The notes under the pieces: model-generated | Seen by the model: the letters and a program-made list of their open reading frames with translations, nothing else | Database searches by the model: none | Told to the model about the DNA's origin: nothing | Translations under genes and position numbers: made by a program | From: an uncultured Candidatus Saccharibacteria bacterium | Lineage (GTDB): Bacteria; Patescibacteriota; Minisyncoccia; UBA6257 | Length of the DNA: 64,000 bases | Assembly (NCBI GenBank): GCA_964618625.1 | Contig: CAZUBI010000001.1 | Span: forward strand, 396,901 to 460,900 | Reading direction: 5' to 3' | Shown: one piece after another, positions 26,821 through 36,864 of the stretch | Numbering within the stretch: position 1 is the stretch's first letter | Layout of the letters: every line of letters begins with the position of its first letter

Positions 26821-28371
26821 ATGTCAAAATTTGAAGGTGCTTCAAATTTAAATAATCCCGAACTAAACCCGAGCGAACTTGAGGATAGTGTTAATGTTGA
26901 GAAAAAACAGGGAGAGGGAAAAGAAATAATTGAAATGCTGCAAAAAGAATGCAGCGAACCAATTAGTGAAATTACTAAAATGCCAATATATTCTTTTAGC
27001 AAATTGATGGAAAAATTTGAAACGAATGACCTAAAGACCATTACTGAAACCGGTGAATATAAAGAAATGATTAAAAATGGTTTTATATTGGGTTCTGGCG
27101 AAGAAAGAATTTATTATGAACAAAAACCAGGCAGAATTTCCGAGAAAGAACCAACTAATATTCATCTAGGGGTTGATTTTATGGTTGAAAACGGTAAAGA
27201 TGTTTTAGCTATAAATGATGGCGAAGTTGTAGATATTGAAAATATAGATATTAAATCACAGCCTAAAGATCAAAGTATTTATAAAGGAGAAGGTGGTTAT
27301 GGAAATATGCTTGTTCTGAAACATAAATTAGAATCAGGCGAAGAAATTTACTCGCTTTATGGACATCTGTCTTCTTCTGAAAAACCGTTAAAGTTGGGCG
27401 ATGTTGTTAAAAAAGGACAAATTATTGGTAATGTTGGAAGATCTTTCAGTCACGAAAATGGTGGTTGGCCATCTCATTTACATTTTTCGATTTTAAAAGA
27501 AAAAATTGCTATTGCTGGTTATGGGGCAGGGAAAGATGCTGAAAAAATTATTGATCCGTTAAAAATATGGATTCAAGAAAAAGGAGTCGATTCAGGAGAA
27601 CTTCCCCTTGAAAAATTGGAAGTACGGAAAACAGAAAGGGGAGCAGAAAAACCAGAGCTATCGCCAGAAGAACAACTTAAAAATTTAGAGGGCGAAGCTG
27701 AAATGAAGCAACAAGAAATCGCTAGATTAACTGAATCAGTCGCAGGAACAAAAGTAAGACTAAACGAAGCTCGAGAAAAACTCGGATTGCCCCCGACCGA
27801 GGAAGATCCGCCAAGTGTATTTTCAGAAAAAGATAAATTGGAAAAGCTCCAAACTGAACAAAAAACTCTGGACAAACAAAAAGAAGAAATTATTAGCCAA
27901 CAGGAAAAAGAGCGAATGATTCGCGAGGAAAAAGAGAAAATTTTGCAGGAAAAGATTGACGAATTGTTTAAGGAATTTGAAGGGCTTACCTCGCGTGATT
28001 TTGAAAGCATTTTTAAGAATGGTAGAACTAAAGAAGGTAGAAATGTTGAAAGCCCTTCAATGGGAGAACTTAACCCAGAAATTGCTAAGTCGTTGGCAAA
28101 GGCTTTCAAAAAAGGGATTAAACTGCTTCCAAAAATTCTTGAAATTTTGCCGGAGCTTTTGAAAAAGTTTGATAAGGATTTAACAAAGGAAGCAACAGAG
28201 CGCGTGGAAGAAAAATTGGAGGAAGAAAAGAAAGAGTTAAAAGAGAAGGAAGTAAAAGAAAAAAAGCCGGCTGAACAAAAACCGGAAGAAAAACGAGAAG
28301 TTCCGGGAAGTAAAATTAAACAAGAGCTAAACCCCATTGAAGGTGGGAATATCAAAAATCCTAAAGCGTAG
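26821..28371 (+). CDS. M23/LytM-family peptidase with a ~300-aa K/E-rich coiled-coil C-terminal tail
   Basis: HLGVDFMVENG...INDGEVV...GGYGNMLVLKH...SLYGHLSS...HLHFSI (M23 HxxxD / HxH motifs). No obvious signal peptide. The C-terminal half is a low-complexity E/K-rich coiled coil. Confidence 0.7.
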   Translation: MSKFEGASNLNNPELNPSELEDSVNVEKKQGEGKEIIEMLQKECSEPISEITKMPIYSFSKLMEKFETNDLKTITETGEYKEMIKNGFILGSGEERIYYEQKPGRISEKEPTNIHLGVDFMVENGKDVLAINDGEVVDIENIDIKSQPKDQSIYKGEGGYGNMLVLKHKLESGEEIYSLYGHLSSSEKPLKLGDVVKKGQIIGNVGRSFSHENGGWPSHLHFSILKEKIAIAGYGAGKDAEKIIDPLKIWIQEKGVDSGELPLEKLEVRKTERGAEKPELSPEEQLKNLEGEAEMKQQEIARLTESVAGTKVRLNEAREKLGLPPTEEDPPSVFSEKDKLEKLQTEQKTLDKQKEEIISQQEKERMIREEKEKILQEKIDELFKEFEGLTSRDFESIFKNGRTKEGRNVESPSMGELNPEIAKSLAKAFKKGIKLLPKILEILPELLKKFDKDLTKEATERVEEKLEEEKKELKEKEVKEKKPAEQKPEEKREVPGSKIKQELNPIEGGNIKNPKA

Positions 28372-28455
28372 GTGAAAATAAAAAGGATTTATCAATAAGG
28401 ACAAAAGAAATTTTTTCATAAAAGGTCGACATATTAATTTAAAATTTTCCTTACT

Positions 28456-29211
28456 ATGAATTTATTTGAAAAGGGGCCAAACCCCAAACAACTTCCCAAA
28501 CAACTTAACGAAGAATCCTTGGAAAAAGTTGAAGAAAAAAAAGAAGGATTGGAAGATAAAGAAGATAAATTTGAAATAGAGCCTGCTCTTCAGGAAGAAG
28601 AAAGCATCCTTGGACGATTTAGGGGGAAAGCAAAAACAGCAGCTAGGGTAATGGTAGTGATTTCTCTTCTGTCTATTGGTTTAGGAATCGTTAAAGAAAC
28701 GCATGCACATGCACAGGAAGCGCAACCTCTTACTAAAAGCGAAGAAGTTGAGCAAGAGAAACAGGAGGAAGAGAAAGAGGAAGAGAAAATAGAAATAAAT
28801 GAAGCAAACCTTACCGCATCAAGTATGTGGTCTGGGAATATTATTGAATCTGCACGAAATGATATGGATAAAATTAAAACTGCTGAGGATGCTGAGTGGT
28901 TAGTGAGATCATATTTTAATCAATTTGTTTCCGAATATTACATGCCGACCAAAGGTAATTTGAAAGAAGGGCCATACGGAATTAAAATGAGAGATTATTC
29001 GGAAGATGACTCAAAATTCTTACTCCAGAACGCACAAGAAATGAAAGAATTACTACAAGAACTTAATGAGAAGTTCGGCATAGAGGCGTACGAAAAGCGC
29101 ATGGAACAAATTGATGATATGATTACGAAACTTGAAAGGCAGTCATCATATGTAGGACAGAAACAGAAAGAAGTGCTTGAGCGCCTGGAAAAAATGTTAC
29201 AACAACCATAA
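28456..29211 (+). CDS. Hypothetical coiled-coil protein with one TM segment
   Basis: 251 aa; E/K-rich; TM VMVVISLLSIGLGIV. Confidence 0.4.
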   Translation: MNLFEKGPNPKQLPKQLNEESLEKVEEKKEGLEDKEDKFEIEPALQEEESILGRFRGKAKTAARVMVVISLLSIGLGIVKETHAHAQEAQPLTKSEEVEQEKQEEEKEEEKIEINEANLTASSMWSGNIIESARNDMDKIKTAEDAEWLVRSYFNQFVSEYYMPTKGNLKEGPYGIKMRDYSEDDSKFLLQNAQEMKELLQELNEKFGIEAYEKRMEQIDDMITKLERQSSYVGQKQKEVLERLEKMLQQP

Positions 29212-29224
29212 CTCATAAATTTTT

Positions 29225-29494
29225 ATGAACACAAATTTTCAAAAGATTAAAGAGCTGGTTTTGAAGTCTGACATTCCTCTTGTTGAACAAGAAGAGTTGA
29301 TGCTAGCCTTTTCTAGTGCTGGTGACGCCGATTTAGAACCAATATTCAAACTATTTTCCGAAGATCAATCATGGATTCGCAAGATCAATGATAATTATAA
29401 AGCAAAACATGCAGCTATGGTTACTGGAGATACAGAATTGTGGAAACGGATAGTTCAGGACGAAGAAACCCAACTTAAGAAACTGGAACAATAA
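29225..29494 (+). CDS. Small hypothetical protein
   Basis: 89-aa ORF co-directional with its neighbours and tightly spaced after them. Confidence 0.3.
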   Translation: MNTNFQKIKELVLKSDIPLVEQEELMLAFSSAGDADLEPIFKLFSEDQSWIRKINDNYKAKHAAMVTGDTELWKRIVQDEETQLKKLEQ

Positions 29495-29626
29495 GAATTT
29501 GCCGCCAAAGAAAAACTTGAAATTGTTAAAGAACGCGGCGAGCCCGTTTAATCATCAGAGAGCTTACCCTCGTCGCTGAAGGCAGCGAAAAATGTTCGAA
29601 CTATTTTCAATATACCGTACAAAACT

Positions 29627-30625
29627 ATGTTTTTTTCAGAATCTAATCAAACTATTAAAGCAGTAAAAACAGCTACTCCTTCAGTGGTAGCTGTTTTAAT
29701 GTCTAAAGAGTTGTCAAAAGTCAAAAAAGAGATAGGAGCAGATACGGCAAGATATTTAGTTGATGAAAAAGGCATGGTTAAAATTGGTGGATGTTCAGGT
29801 TTTTTTGTTTCTTCAGATGGTTATATTTTAACAAATCGCCATATAGTTGAAGATGAAGATGCTTCTTATACAATAGTTTGGCAAAATAAAACTTATTCAT
29901 GCCAGATTTTGGTTAGAGATAAAATAACTGATATTGCCGTTTTGAAAATTAATGGAGATAATTTTCCTTATCTAAAGTTTGCCAATTCTTCAGAATTAAA
30001 ATTAGGGCAGACTGTTATGGCTATTGGCAATGCCTTAGGTGAATTTCAAAATACTGTTTCCCGCGGGATTGTTTCAGGGCTTTCACGAGACATAAAGACA
30101 GAAATCGGAGAAGATATTCAAGAATTTTTTGGTTTGATTCAAACAGACGCAGCAATTAATCCTGGAAATTCTGGCGGGCCTCTAATCAATCTTTCGGGAA
30201 AAGTTATAGGTATTTGCACAGCAGTGGTTTTAGGTGTGGAAAATATTGGTTTTGCTATTCCTGTTAATCAAGCTAAAAGTATTTTGGAGGATGTAAAAAA
30301 ATATGGGAAGATATGCCGTCCCAGCTTAGGTGTAAGATATTTTTTGATTGATGAAGAGATGCAAAAACTTCATCATTTTTCTTTTGATTATGGCGCTTTT
30401 ATTATTTATGAGACAATTCCCGGGCGAGGTGGAATAGTTTCTGGAGGGGCAGCAGAAAAAGCCGGGTTAAAAGAGGGTGATATTATATTAGAAATTAATA
30501 ACGAAAAAATAACTAAACGATCTAATTTATCTCGAATATTAGCGCAATATAAAATTGGCGATGTAATTAAAATTATTTATTGGAACAAAGAAGGGAAAAA
30601 AGAGATTGAGATTAAGTTATTCTAA
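29627..30625 (+). CDS. htrA: HtrA/DegP-family trypsin-like serine protease with PDZ domain
   Basis: 332 aa; catalytic-His region LTNRHIV, catalytic Ser GNSGGPLIN, C-terminal PDZ domain. Confidence 0.8.
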   Translation: MFFSESNQTIKAVKTATPSVVAVLMSKELSKVKKEIGADTARYLVDEKGMVKIGGCSGFFVSSDGYILTNRHIVEDEDASYTIVWQNKTYSCQILVRDKITDIAVLKINGDNFPYLKFANSSELKLGQTVMAIGNALGEFQNTVSRGIVSGLSRDIKTEIGEDIQEFFGLIQTDAAINPGNSGGPLINLSGKVIGICTAVVLGVENIGFAIPVNQAKSILEDVKKYGKICRPSLGVRYFLIDEEMQKLHHFSFDYGAFIIYETIPGRGGIVSGGAAEKAGLKEGDIILEINNEKITKRSNLSRILAQYKIGDVIKIIYWNKEGKKEIEIKLF

Positions 30626-32772
30626 GATAGGCGTGTCTTTTGAGTAAATTCTTGAAAATTGGCCAATAATAAAGGCCATTTTTTTAATGTTGGATCCTGT
30701 TGGAGGATTTCTTGTGCTTGTTTATGAACTTTTTCTATAAATTTTTTATCAAGGAGCGAGCTCATAACTAAATCAGGGATTCCAGATTGTTTAGTGCCTA
30801 AAAATTCCCCAGGCCCTCTTAAAGAAAGATCCATTTCTGCTAAGCGGAATCCGTCATTACATTTAACCAATATTCTCAGACGACTGGTAATAGAATGATT
30901 AGGCGATCCAGAAAAGAGAAAACAATAAGATTGATAATAAGATCTGCCTATTCTGCCTCTAAATTGATGCAATTGCGCTAAGCCAAAATGTTCTGCTCCT
31001 TCAATTATCATTAGGGATGCGTTTGGAATATCAACACCTACTTCTATTACAGAAGTGGATACCAAAAGGTTGATTGTCTTTTCTTGAAAATCTTTCATCA
31101 CAATTTCTTTTTCTTTTGGCTTCATTTTTCCATGTAGCATAGCAACCTTTAAGTCAGGGAAGATTTCTTCAGATAGTTTTTTATATTCTTTTTTAACTGC
31201 TTTTACTTCATAATTTAGTCGTTCTGATAAAGTGATTAAGTCTTTTGCCTTAATATCAGATGTTTCTGTTTCTTCAATTCTTGGGCAAATAACAAAAGCT
31301 TGCCTGCCTTTATTAATTTCTTCACGAATAAAATCATAAACTTTTTCTCTGCCTTTTGGAGTGATAACTTTGGTAATTATTTTTTTTCTTCCTTTTGGTA
31401 ATTCATCTAATATAGAAAGGTCTAAATCTCCATAAAAAGCCAGAGCCAAAGTACGGGGAATAGGCGTGGCTGTCATTGATAAAAGATGCGGCGTTTCATT
31501 TTTATTAGCGTTTTTAGCAATAAGTTTTTTTCTTTGCTCTATGCCAAAGCGATGTTGTTCATCAACAATAATTAATCCTAAGCGGCTAAAGCGGACATTT
31601 TTTTGAATAAGAGCATGAGTTCCGATTACAAGGATAGGATTTGAGGAAGCAATGATTTTATTTAATGATTGTTTAGAAATTTTACCTTCTAATTCATCGT
31701 TATAAATTTTTGTTGTTGAAGATGTTAAGAGGGCGATTTTTACTTGAAATGGTTTAAGAATCTTTTTAAATTCATTAAAATGTTGTTTGGCCAATATTTC
31801 TGTTGGGGCCATTATAGCCACTTGATATCCTGATTTTATTGTTAATAAACTTGCGGCAACAGCGACTATAGTTTTTCCAGAGCCTACTTCTCCTTCTAAA
31901 AGCCGATTCATGGGTCTTTGATGAAGATTTTTAGCGATTTCCCATATTGTTTTCCTTTGACATTCAGTAAAAGGAAATGATAAAGAACCTGTAAATGATT
32001 GAAGAAGAGGAATGTCAAGATTAATTTTTGGGGTTTTTAAAAGGGCGTTTTTCCTTTTTATTTTTAAAAGATAAAGCTGGGAAAGCAATAATGATTCAAA
32101 AACAAATCTTCTTTTCGCTTTTTTTGCCAGAAGCAAAGATGATGGAAAATGAATTTGATTAAGTGATTCTTGGAGTCCAATCAGTTGATGTTTTTTAAGT
32201 ATAAAATCAGGAAGCGTATCCTCCATATTTTGGGCCAATTCCAGAAGTGGTTTAATAAAATGACGTAACATTTTAGAACTTAAGCCTTTTGTTTCTGAAT
32301 ATATAGGGATTAAGCGACCAGTATGCACGGCTTCTTGATAAAATTCTTTTTCCAGTTTTTGCTTTGAAATGATTTCATAAGATGGACTGGAAAGGATTAA
32401 TTTTTTCCCTTTTCTTTTTACTTTTCCTGATAGAGAAAGAGTTGCGCCCAAGGGTATATTTTTTAATAAATAAATTTGATTAAACCAAATTGCGGTAATC
32501 TCACCAGTGCTATCTTCAATTACAGCCTCAATAATAATCATTTTTTTTCTGAAAGTCCGTCTTACATTGATTCTTTTAACAGTTCCTATCATTGAGCACT
32601 TTTCTTCTGGTTCTAACTCATTTATCTTTTTAATTTTGGAGAAATCTTCGTAACGAAAAGGAAAATACCAAAGTAAATCTTTTATTGTTTTTATTCCTAA
32701 TTTTTCCAAGTACTTTAAATAACGCGGACCAATACCGTGTAGTTCTGATACAAAGTTAGAGAGTTTAATCAT
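30622..32772 (-). CDS. recG: ATP-dependent DNA helicase RecG (start reassigned to Met18 at 32772)
   Basis: MIKLSNFVSELHGIGPRYLKYLEKLGI..., wedge domain, DEQH-box helicase motifs GEVGSGKT / VDEQHRFG. The 17 upstream ORF-track codons are a translated tRNA-Arg. Confidence 0.9.
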   Translation of the reverse strand: MIKLSNFVSELHGIGPRYLKYLEKLGIKTIKDLLWYFPFRYEDFSKIKKINELEPEEKCSMIGTVKRINVRRTFRKKMIIIEAVIEDSTGEITAIWFNQIYLLKNIPLGATLSLSGKVKRKGKKLILSSPSYEIISKQKLEKEFYQEAVHTGRLIPIYSETKGLSSKMLRHFIKPLLELAQNMEDTLPDFILKKHQLIGLQESLNQIHFPSSLLLAKKAKRRFVFESLLLSQLYLLKIKRKNALLKTPKINLDIPLLQSFTGSLSFPFTECQRKTIWEIAKNLHQRPMNRLLEGEVGSGKTIVAVAASLLTIKSGYQVAIMAPTEILAKQHFNEFKKILKPFQVKIALLTSSTTKIYNDELEGKISKQSLNKIIASSNPILVIGTHALIQKNVRFSRLGLIIVDEQHRFGIEQRKKLIAKNANKNETPHLLSMTATPIPRTLALAFYGDLDLSILDELPKGRKKIITKVITPKGREKVYDFIREEINKGRQAFVICPRIEETETSDIKAKDLITLSERLNYEVKAVKKEYKKLSEEIFPDLKVAMLHGKMKPKEKEIVMKDFQEKTINLLVSTSVIEVGVDIPNASLMIIEGAEHFGLAQLHQFRGRIGRSYYQSYCFLFSGSPNHSITSRLRILVKCNDGFRLAEMDLSLRGPGEFLGTKQSGIPDLVMSSLLDKKFIEKVHKQAQEILQQDPTLKKWPLLLANFQEFTQKTRLS

Positions 32773-32774
32773 AG

Positions 32775-32846
32775 TGCCCCCGGGAAGAATCGAACTTCCA
32801 TCACAGGCTCCGCAAGCCCGCATTCTATCCGTTGAACTACGGGGGC
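32775..32846 (-). tRNA. tRNA-Arg(GCG) (unusual G34 anticodon)
   Basis: Reverse complement GCCCCCGTAGTTCAACGGATAGAATGCGGGCTTGCGGAGCCTGTGATGGAAGTTCGATTCTTCCCGGGGGCA. Anticodon loop TTGCGGA. Abuts the recG start codon with a 2-nt gap. Confidence 0.6.
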
Positions 32847-32925
32847 TTGATTTTAAATTATCACAAAATATTCATATTTTCAAGACATTTTTTAATATTT
32901 TTCTTTTGTGATATGATAAATCCAA

Positions 32926-33648
32926 ATGGAACATTACTCAACTTTAGCTTTTGTTTTAAAGCAAGAATCAATTAAAGAGCATGATCGCCGCTATATCTTT
33001 TTTACCCAAGAATTTGGAAAATTAAGTTTATTAGCTCCAGGGGCAAGAAAAATTAATGCTAAACTTGCAGGACATTTGGAAGCACCAACGTTAGTGCAAA
33101 TTCAATTTACAATGGTCCATAATCCGCGCTTGATTACTGCATTGGAAGAAATTCCTTATTTGGGGATAAAGAAAAAAAAGAAAGCTCTTACTATAGCTTT
33201 TTGGATTACAGATTTAGTTAACGGGTTAGTTATAGAGAAACAATCTGATGCTGATATTTGGAAACTACTTCTTGATACCTTTTATTTTTTAGAAAAGAAT
33301 TTAAATAAATTTCCTGAAATAGCTGATTTTACATGGATATATTTTAATGCTCAATTTTTGAAAATTCTTGGTTTTTTACCATTTTTAGATAGATGTATCG
33401 AATGTGGTAGTAAAACTAATAATAAATTTTTTAGTTTTGAGAGAAAAGGAACTATTTGTCAGTTACACCATGACAAAAATGACAGGCCTATTAGCGGCCA
33501 ACAAAGAAAATTTCTAAATTTTTTATTTAATTCCACTTTTCGAGATTTCTCACAAGTCATTCTTGTTAGAGAGATTCTCAAAGAAAAGGAATATCTTCAG
33601 CAGTTTCTTAATAAATTTACTTTAATCATAAAATCAGATATAATATAG
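32926..33648 (+). CDS. recO: DNA repair protein RecO
   Basis: 240 aa; N-terminal OB fold; C-terminal Cys cluster CIECGS...C..H. Confidence 0.75.
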   Translation: MEHYSTLAFVLKQESIKEHDRRYIFFTQEFGKLSLLAPGARKINAKLAGHLEAPTLVQIQFTMVHNPRLITALEEIPYLGIKKKKKALTIAFWITDLVNGLVIEKQSDADIWKLLLDTFYFLEKNLNKFPEIADFTWIYFNAQFLKILGFLPFLDRCIECGSKTNNKFFSFERKGTICQLHHDKNDRPISGQQRKFLNFLFNSTFRDFSQVILVREILKEKEYLQQFLNKFTLIIKSDII

Positions 33649-33722
33649 TAATATTGCTAACGTAATACAGTAGTATTGTCGATATAACATAAAGTAATTA
33701 TTATAAATTAGAAACAAATATT

Positions 33723-35462
33723 ATGAAAATCAAAGATTTTTTAAAAACTTTTTGGGGTGGAGCATTGGTCACAATTTTTATCTTAGCTGCAAGTTATTTT
33801 GTTTGGAGTTTTGTAAAAAGTGGAGGAATAACTTTTGCTTTTTCAGGGCCAGATGAAGCAAAGTCAGGCGAGATAAAAGAATTTCATTTTGTTTTAAATA
33901 ATAATTCTAGAGTAAGCCTCCAAGAAGTAGAAGCGGAGATTAATCTTCCAGAGGGGGTGATAGCTGTTGACAATCCAGACCAGCAAACTATCTCATATAG
34001 TTTAGGCGAAATGGCTCCTCGTGGCTCAGAAGATAAAATAATAAAATTATTAATTACTGGTGAACCCAAGACAGTTAAAAATATTGAGGCTATACTTCGC
34101 TATCGCCCCAAAACGCTTAGTTCTGTTTTCGAAAAAAAGGAAATAAAAACTGTTTTAATCTCCGGCTCTTCTTTTCGGCTGGAGTTAGTAACCCTTAATC
34201 AGGTTTTTTCTGAACAGATTTTTCCCTTAGAAATAAATTGGGAAAATCTTTCCAGCTATACATTTGATAATGTTGAAATTAGGGCAGAATGGCCATCGGG
34301 ATTTGTTTTTCAGGAATCTAATCCCGAGATTTTTTCTGAGAGCTCAGAATATAACAGATGGACATTAGGAGAATTGAGTTCAGCCAGCCATGGAAAAATA
34401 ATAGTAAAAGGATTTACTACTGGTCAACCAGGCGAGACAAAAAGGATAATTTTGCATTTAGGCATGGTTAAAGATAATGTTTTTCTTCCTTTGGCTAAAA
34501 CCGAAGGCTATACAACTTTAATAAGAAATCCTTTATTAATTTCATCTTTAGTTAACAGTGAAATAATTCATAATGCCGATTTGGGCAAAACATTAAATTT
34601 TGTTATTAATTACCAGAATAATTATTCTGCTACTTTAAGAAATTTGGTAGTAAAGGTAGTTTTTAGCGGGGATGTTTTTGACTTCTCTACTTTAAGAGCG
34701 CCTAATGGTGCGTTTTCTTCGCGTTTAAAAATTTTAACTTGGGAAGGAACAAAAGTACCCCAGCTTTACGCGCTTAATCCTGGCGAGCGTGGAAATCTTC
34801 CGTTTTCCATAAAGCTTAAAAAGGATTGGCCAATGAGAAGCCAAGCTCAAAAAAATATAGTTTTGGAAACACATATTACTATTGAGAGCTCTAATATTCC
34901 GGAGCAGTTAGAAGTTTCTGAGTTACCGCGCGCAGCTGCTTTAAATACGATTAAACTTAATTCAAATAGTAAAGTGACAATTGGCAGTTATTTTCGTGAT
35001 GCTTCTGCAGGAATTGCTAACACAGGAAGCCTTCCCTTGAAAGCAGGTGAGTCAACTGATTTTACTATTCATTGGAAGATTATTAATAATTTCAACTCTC
35101 TAAAAGATATAACCATAAGAACCACATTGCCTCTTTGGGTGGAATTTACTGGTCAAATTGCAGGGGATTATGGGCAAAATCCGCCATATTATGATTCTGC
35201 AATAAGGGAAGTTTCGTGGGCTATTCCTTCTGTTCCTGCCGGCTCAGGAGTTTTAACCAAAGCATCAGAAGCTATCTTTCAGATTAAAGTTACTCCTTCA
35301 TCGTCCCAAGTAAATCAGGAGATTGATTTACTTGCTAATACAATTTTTACAGCCACAGATGCGTTCACAGGAAAAAATATTTCACTTAGTTATCCTGTTG
35401 TTAAATCTACGCAATTAACTGATAAGACTGTTTTTGCTGGAGATGGAATAGTAAGACCTTAG
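33723..35462 (+). CDS. Large hypothetical exported/anchored protein (N-terminal TM, beta-rich ectodomain)
   Basis: 579 aa; TM GGALVTIFILAASYFVWSFV; no recognisable catalytic motifs. Confidence 0.45.
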   Translation: MKIKDFLKTFWGGALVTIFILAASYFVWSFVKSGGITFAFSGPDEAKSGEIKEFHFVLNNNSRVSLQEVEAEINLPEGVIAVDNPDQQTISYSLGEMAPRGSEDKIIKLLITGEPKTVKNIEAILRYRPKTLSSVFEKKEIKTVLISGSSFRLELVTLNQVFSEQIFPLEINWENLSSYTFDNVEIRAEWPSGFVFQESNPEIFSESSEYNRWTLGELSSASHGKIIVKGFTTGQPGETKRIILHLGMVKDNVFLPLAKTEGYTTLIRNPLLISSLVNSEIIHNADLGKTLNFVINYQNNYSATLRNLVVKVVFSGDVFDFSTLRAPNGAFSSRLKILTWEGTKVPQLYALNPGERGNLPFSIKLKKDWPMRSQAQKNIVLETHITIESSNIPEQLEVSELPRAAALNTIKLNSNSKVTIGSYFRDASAGIANTGSLPLKAGESTDFTIHWKIINNFNSLKDITIRTTLPLWVEFTGQIAGDYGQNPPYYDSAIREVSWAIPSVPAGSGVLTKASEAIFQIKVTPSSSQVNQEIDLLANTIFTATDAFTGKNISLSYPVVKSTQLTDKTVFAGDGIVRP

Positions 35463-35496
35463 TAAATAATTTTTAATTTTGAATTTTTAATTTGTT

Positions 35497-36864
35497 ATGG
35501 CAAATGATTTAATGGAAAAAATTATATCTTTGTGCAAAAGGCGTGGTTTTGTTTATCCTTCTTCTGAGATTTATGGAGGATTTGCTAATATTTATGATTT
35601 TGGGCCATTAGGTTCGCTTTTAGCTAAAAATATTCGGGACGTCTGGATTAAAAAAATGGTCCAGGAACGAGATGATATGTATCTAATTGATGGCTCGATT
35701 TTAATGCACCCAAAGGCATGGGAAGCCAGCGGGCATACTGCTGCTTTTACTGATCCTTTAATACAATGCTCATCATGTAAAAAAAGATTTCGGGCAGATC
35801 AATTAGAAGGCTGGAAATTGGAAAAAGATAATCAAACAGGGAAATGGAATGTTTTAAAACAAGGAAGTTTAATTTGCCCAGATTGTAACGGGGATTTAAT
35901 CCCTGAAGTTAAAGAATTTAATCTTTTAATGACAACAACTGTAGGTTCAATTGAAGGGGAAAAGACAAAGGCATATCTTAAAGGTGAATCATGTCAAAAT
36001 ATTTATCTTGATTTTTTACCAATAAGGGATACGATGGGAGTAAAAATACCATTTGGTGTTGCGCAAATTGGCAAAGCTTTTCGTAATGAGATTACATTAG
36101 GCAAATTTCTGTTTAAGGTGAGAGAATTTGAGCAAATGGATATTGAATATTTTTGCTCACCAGAAGAGGCAAAGAAATTATATGAAGAATGGAAAAACAT
36201 TAGATTTAACTGGTATATTGATACAATCGGCTTAAGTAAGGATATGCTTCGTTGGAGGCAGCATTCTTCTGAAGAAAGAATTTTTTATGCCAGAGATGCA
36301 TGGGATATTGAGTACAAATTTTTCGATGAGTTTGAGGAATTGGAAGGAATTCATGATCGTTCTGATTATGATTTAAAACAACAAGGGAAGTTTTCTGGAA
36401 AAACACTTGATTATTTTGATCCAGTAAGCAAAACGAGATTTATTCCTAATATTATTGAATGCTCTGGTGGCCTTCAAAGGACATTTTTGGCTATTTTAGC
36501 AGAGAGTTATCAAGAAGAAAAAGTAAATAATGAAAAAAGAGTGTTTTTGAAAATTAAACCAATCCTTTCCCCATACAAAGTAGCGGTTTTCCCTTTAGTT
36601 GCAAATAAAGATAATTTAACTGAAAAAGCTAAAGATGTTTTTAATCTTTTAAAACCGGAATTTATGACAATGTGGGATAACATTGGCAATATAGGAAAAA
36701 GATATCGACGCCAAGATGAGATTGGTACACCGTGGTGCATAACAATTGATTATCAAACTTTAGAAGATAACACTGTTACCCTTCGCTGGAGGGATACAAT
36801 GAAGCAACAAAGAATTAAAATTGAAGAGATTATTGGATGGATAAAAAAACATTTAAATGTATAA
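35497..36864 (+). CDS. glyQS: Glycyl-tRNA synthetase, dimeric (GlyQS) type
   Basis: 455 aa; N-terminal VYPSSEIYGGFANIYDFGPLG; class II core; C-terminal anticodon-binding domain. Confidence 0.9.
   Translation: MANDLMEKIISLCKRRGFVYPSSEIYGGFANIYDFGPLGSLLAKNIRDVWIKKMVQERDDMYLIDGSILMHPKAWEASGHTAAFTDPLIQCSSCKKRFRADQLEGWKLEKDNQTGKWNVLKQGSLICPDCNGDLIPEVKEFNLLMTTTVGSIEGEKTKAYLKGESCQNIYLDFLPIRDTMGVKIPFGVAQIGKAFRNEITLGKFLFKVREFEQMDIEYFCSPEEAKKLYEEWKNIRFNWYIDTIGLSKDMLRWRQHSSEERIFYARDAWDIEYKFFDEFEELEGIHDRSDYDLKQQGKFSGKTLDYFDPVSKTRFIPNIIECSGGLQRTFLAILAESYQEEKVNNEKRVFLKIKPILSPYKVAVFPLVANKDNLTEKAKDVFNLLKPEFMTMWDNIGNIGKRYRRQDEIGTPWCITIDYQTLEDNTVTLRWRDTMKQQRIKIEEIIGWIKKHLNV

Noticed and set aside
27573-28355. 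260-aa minus-strand ORF, Ser/Phe-rich, antisense to the M23 peptidase gene
   Set aside because: Low-complexity translation of the antisense of a GAA/AAG-rich coiled-coil coding region. The sense-strand gene has clear M23 motifs.
35463-35496. T-box or other leader upstream of the aaRS genes (glyQS, metG, trpS, argS)
   Set aside because: The upstream spacers are only 5-50 nt, too short for T-box leaders.
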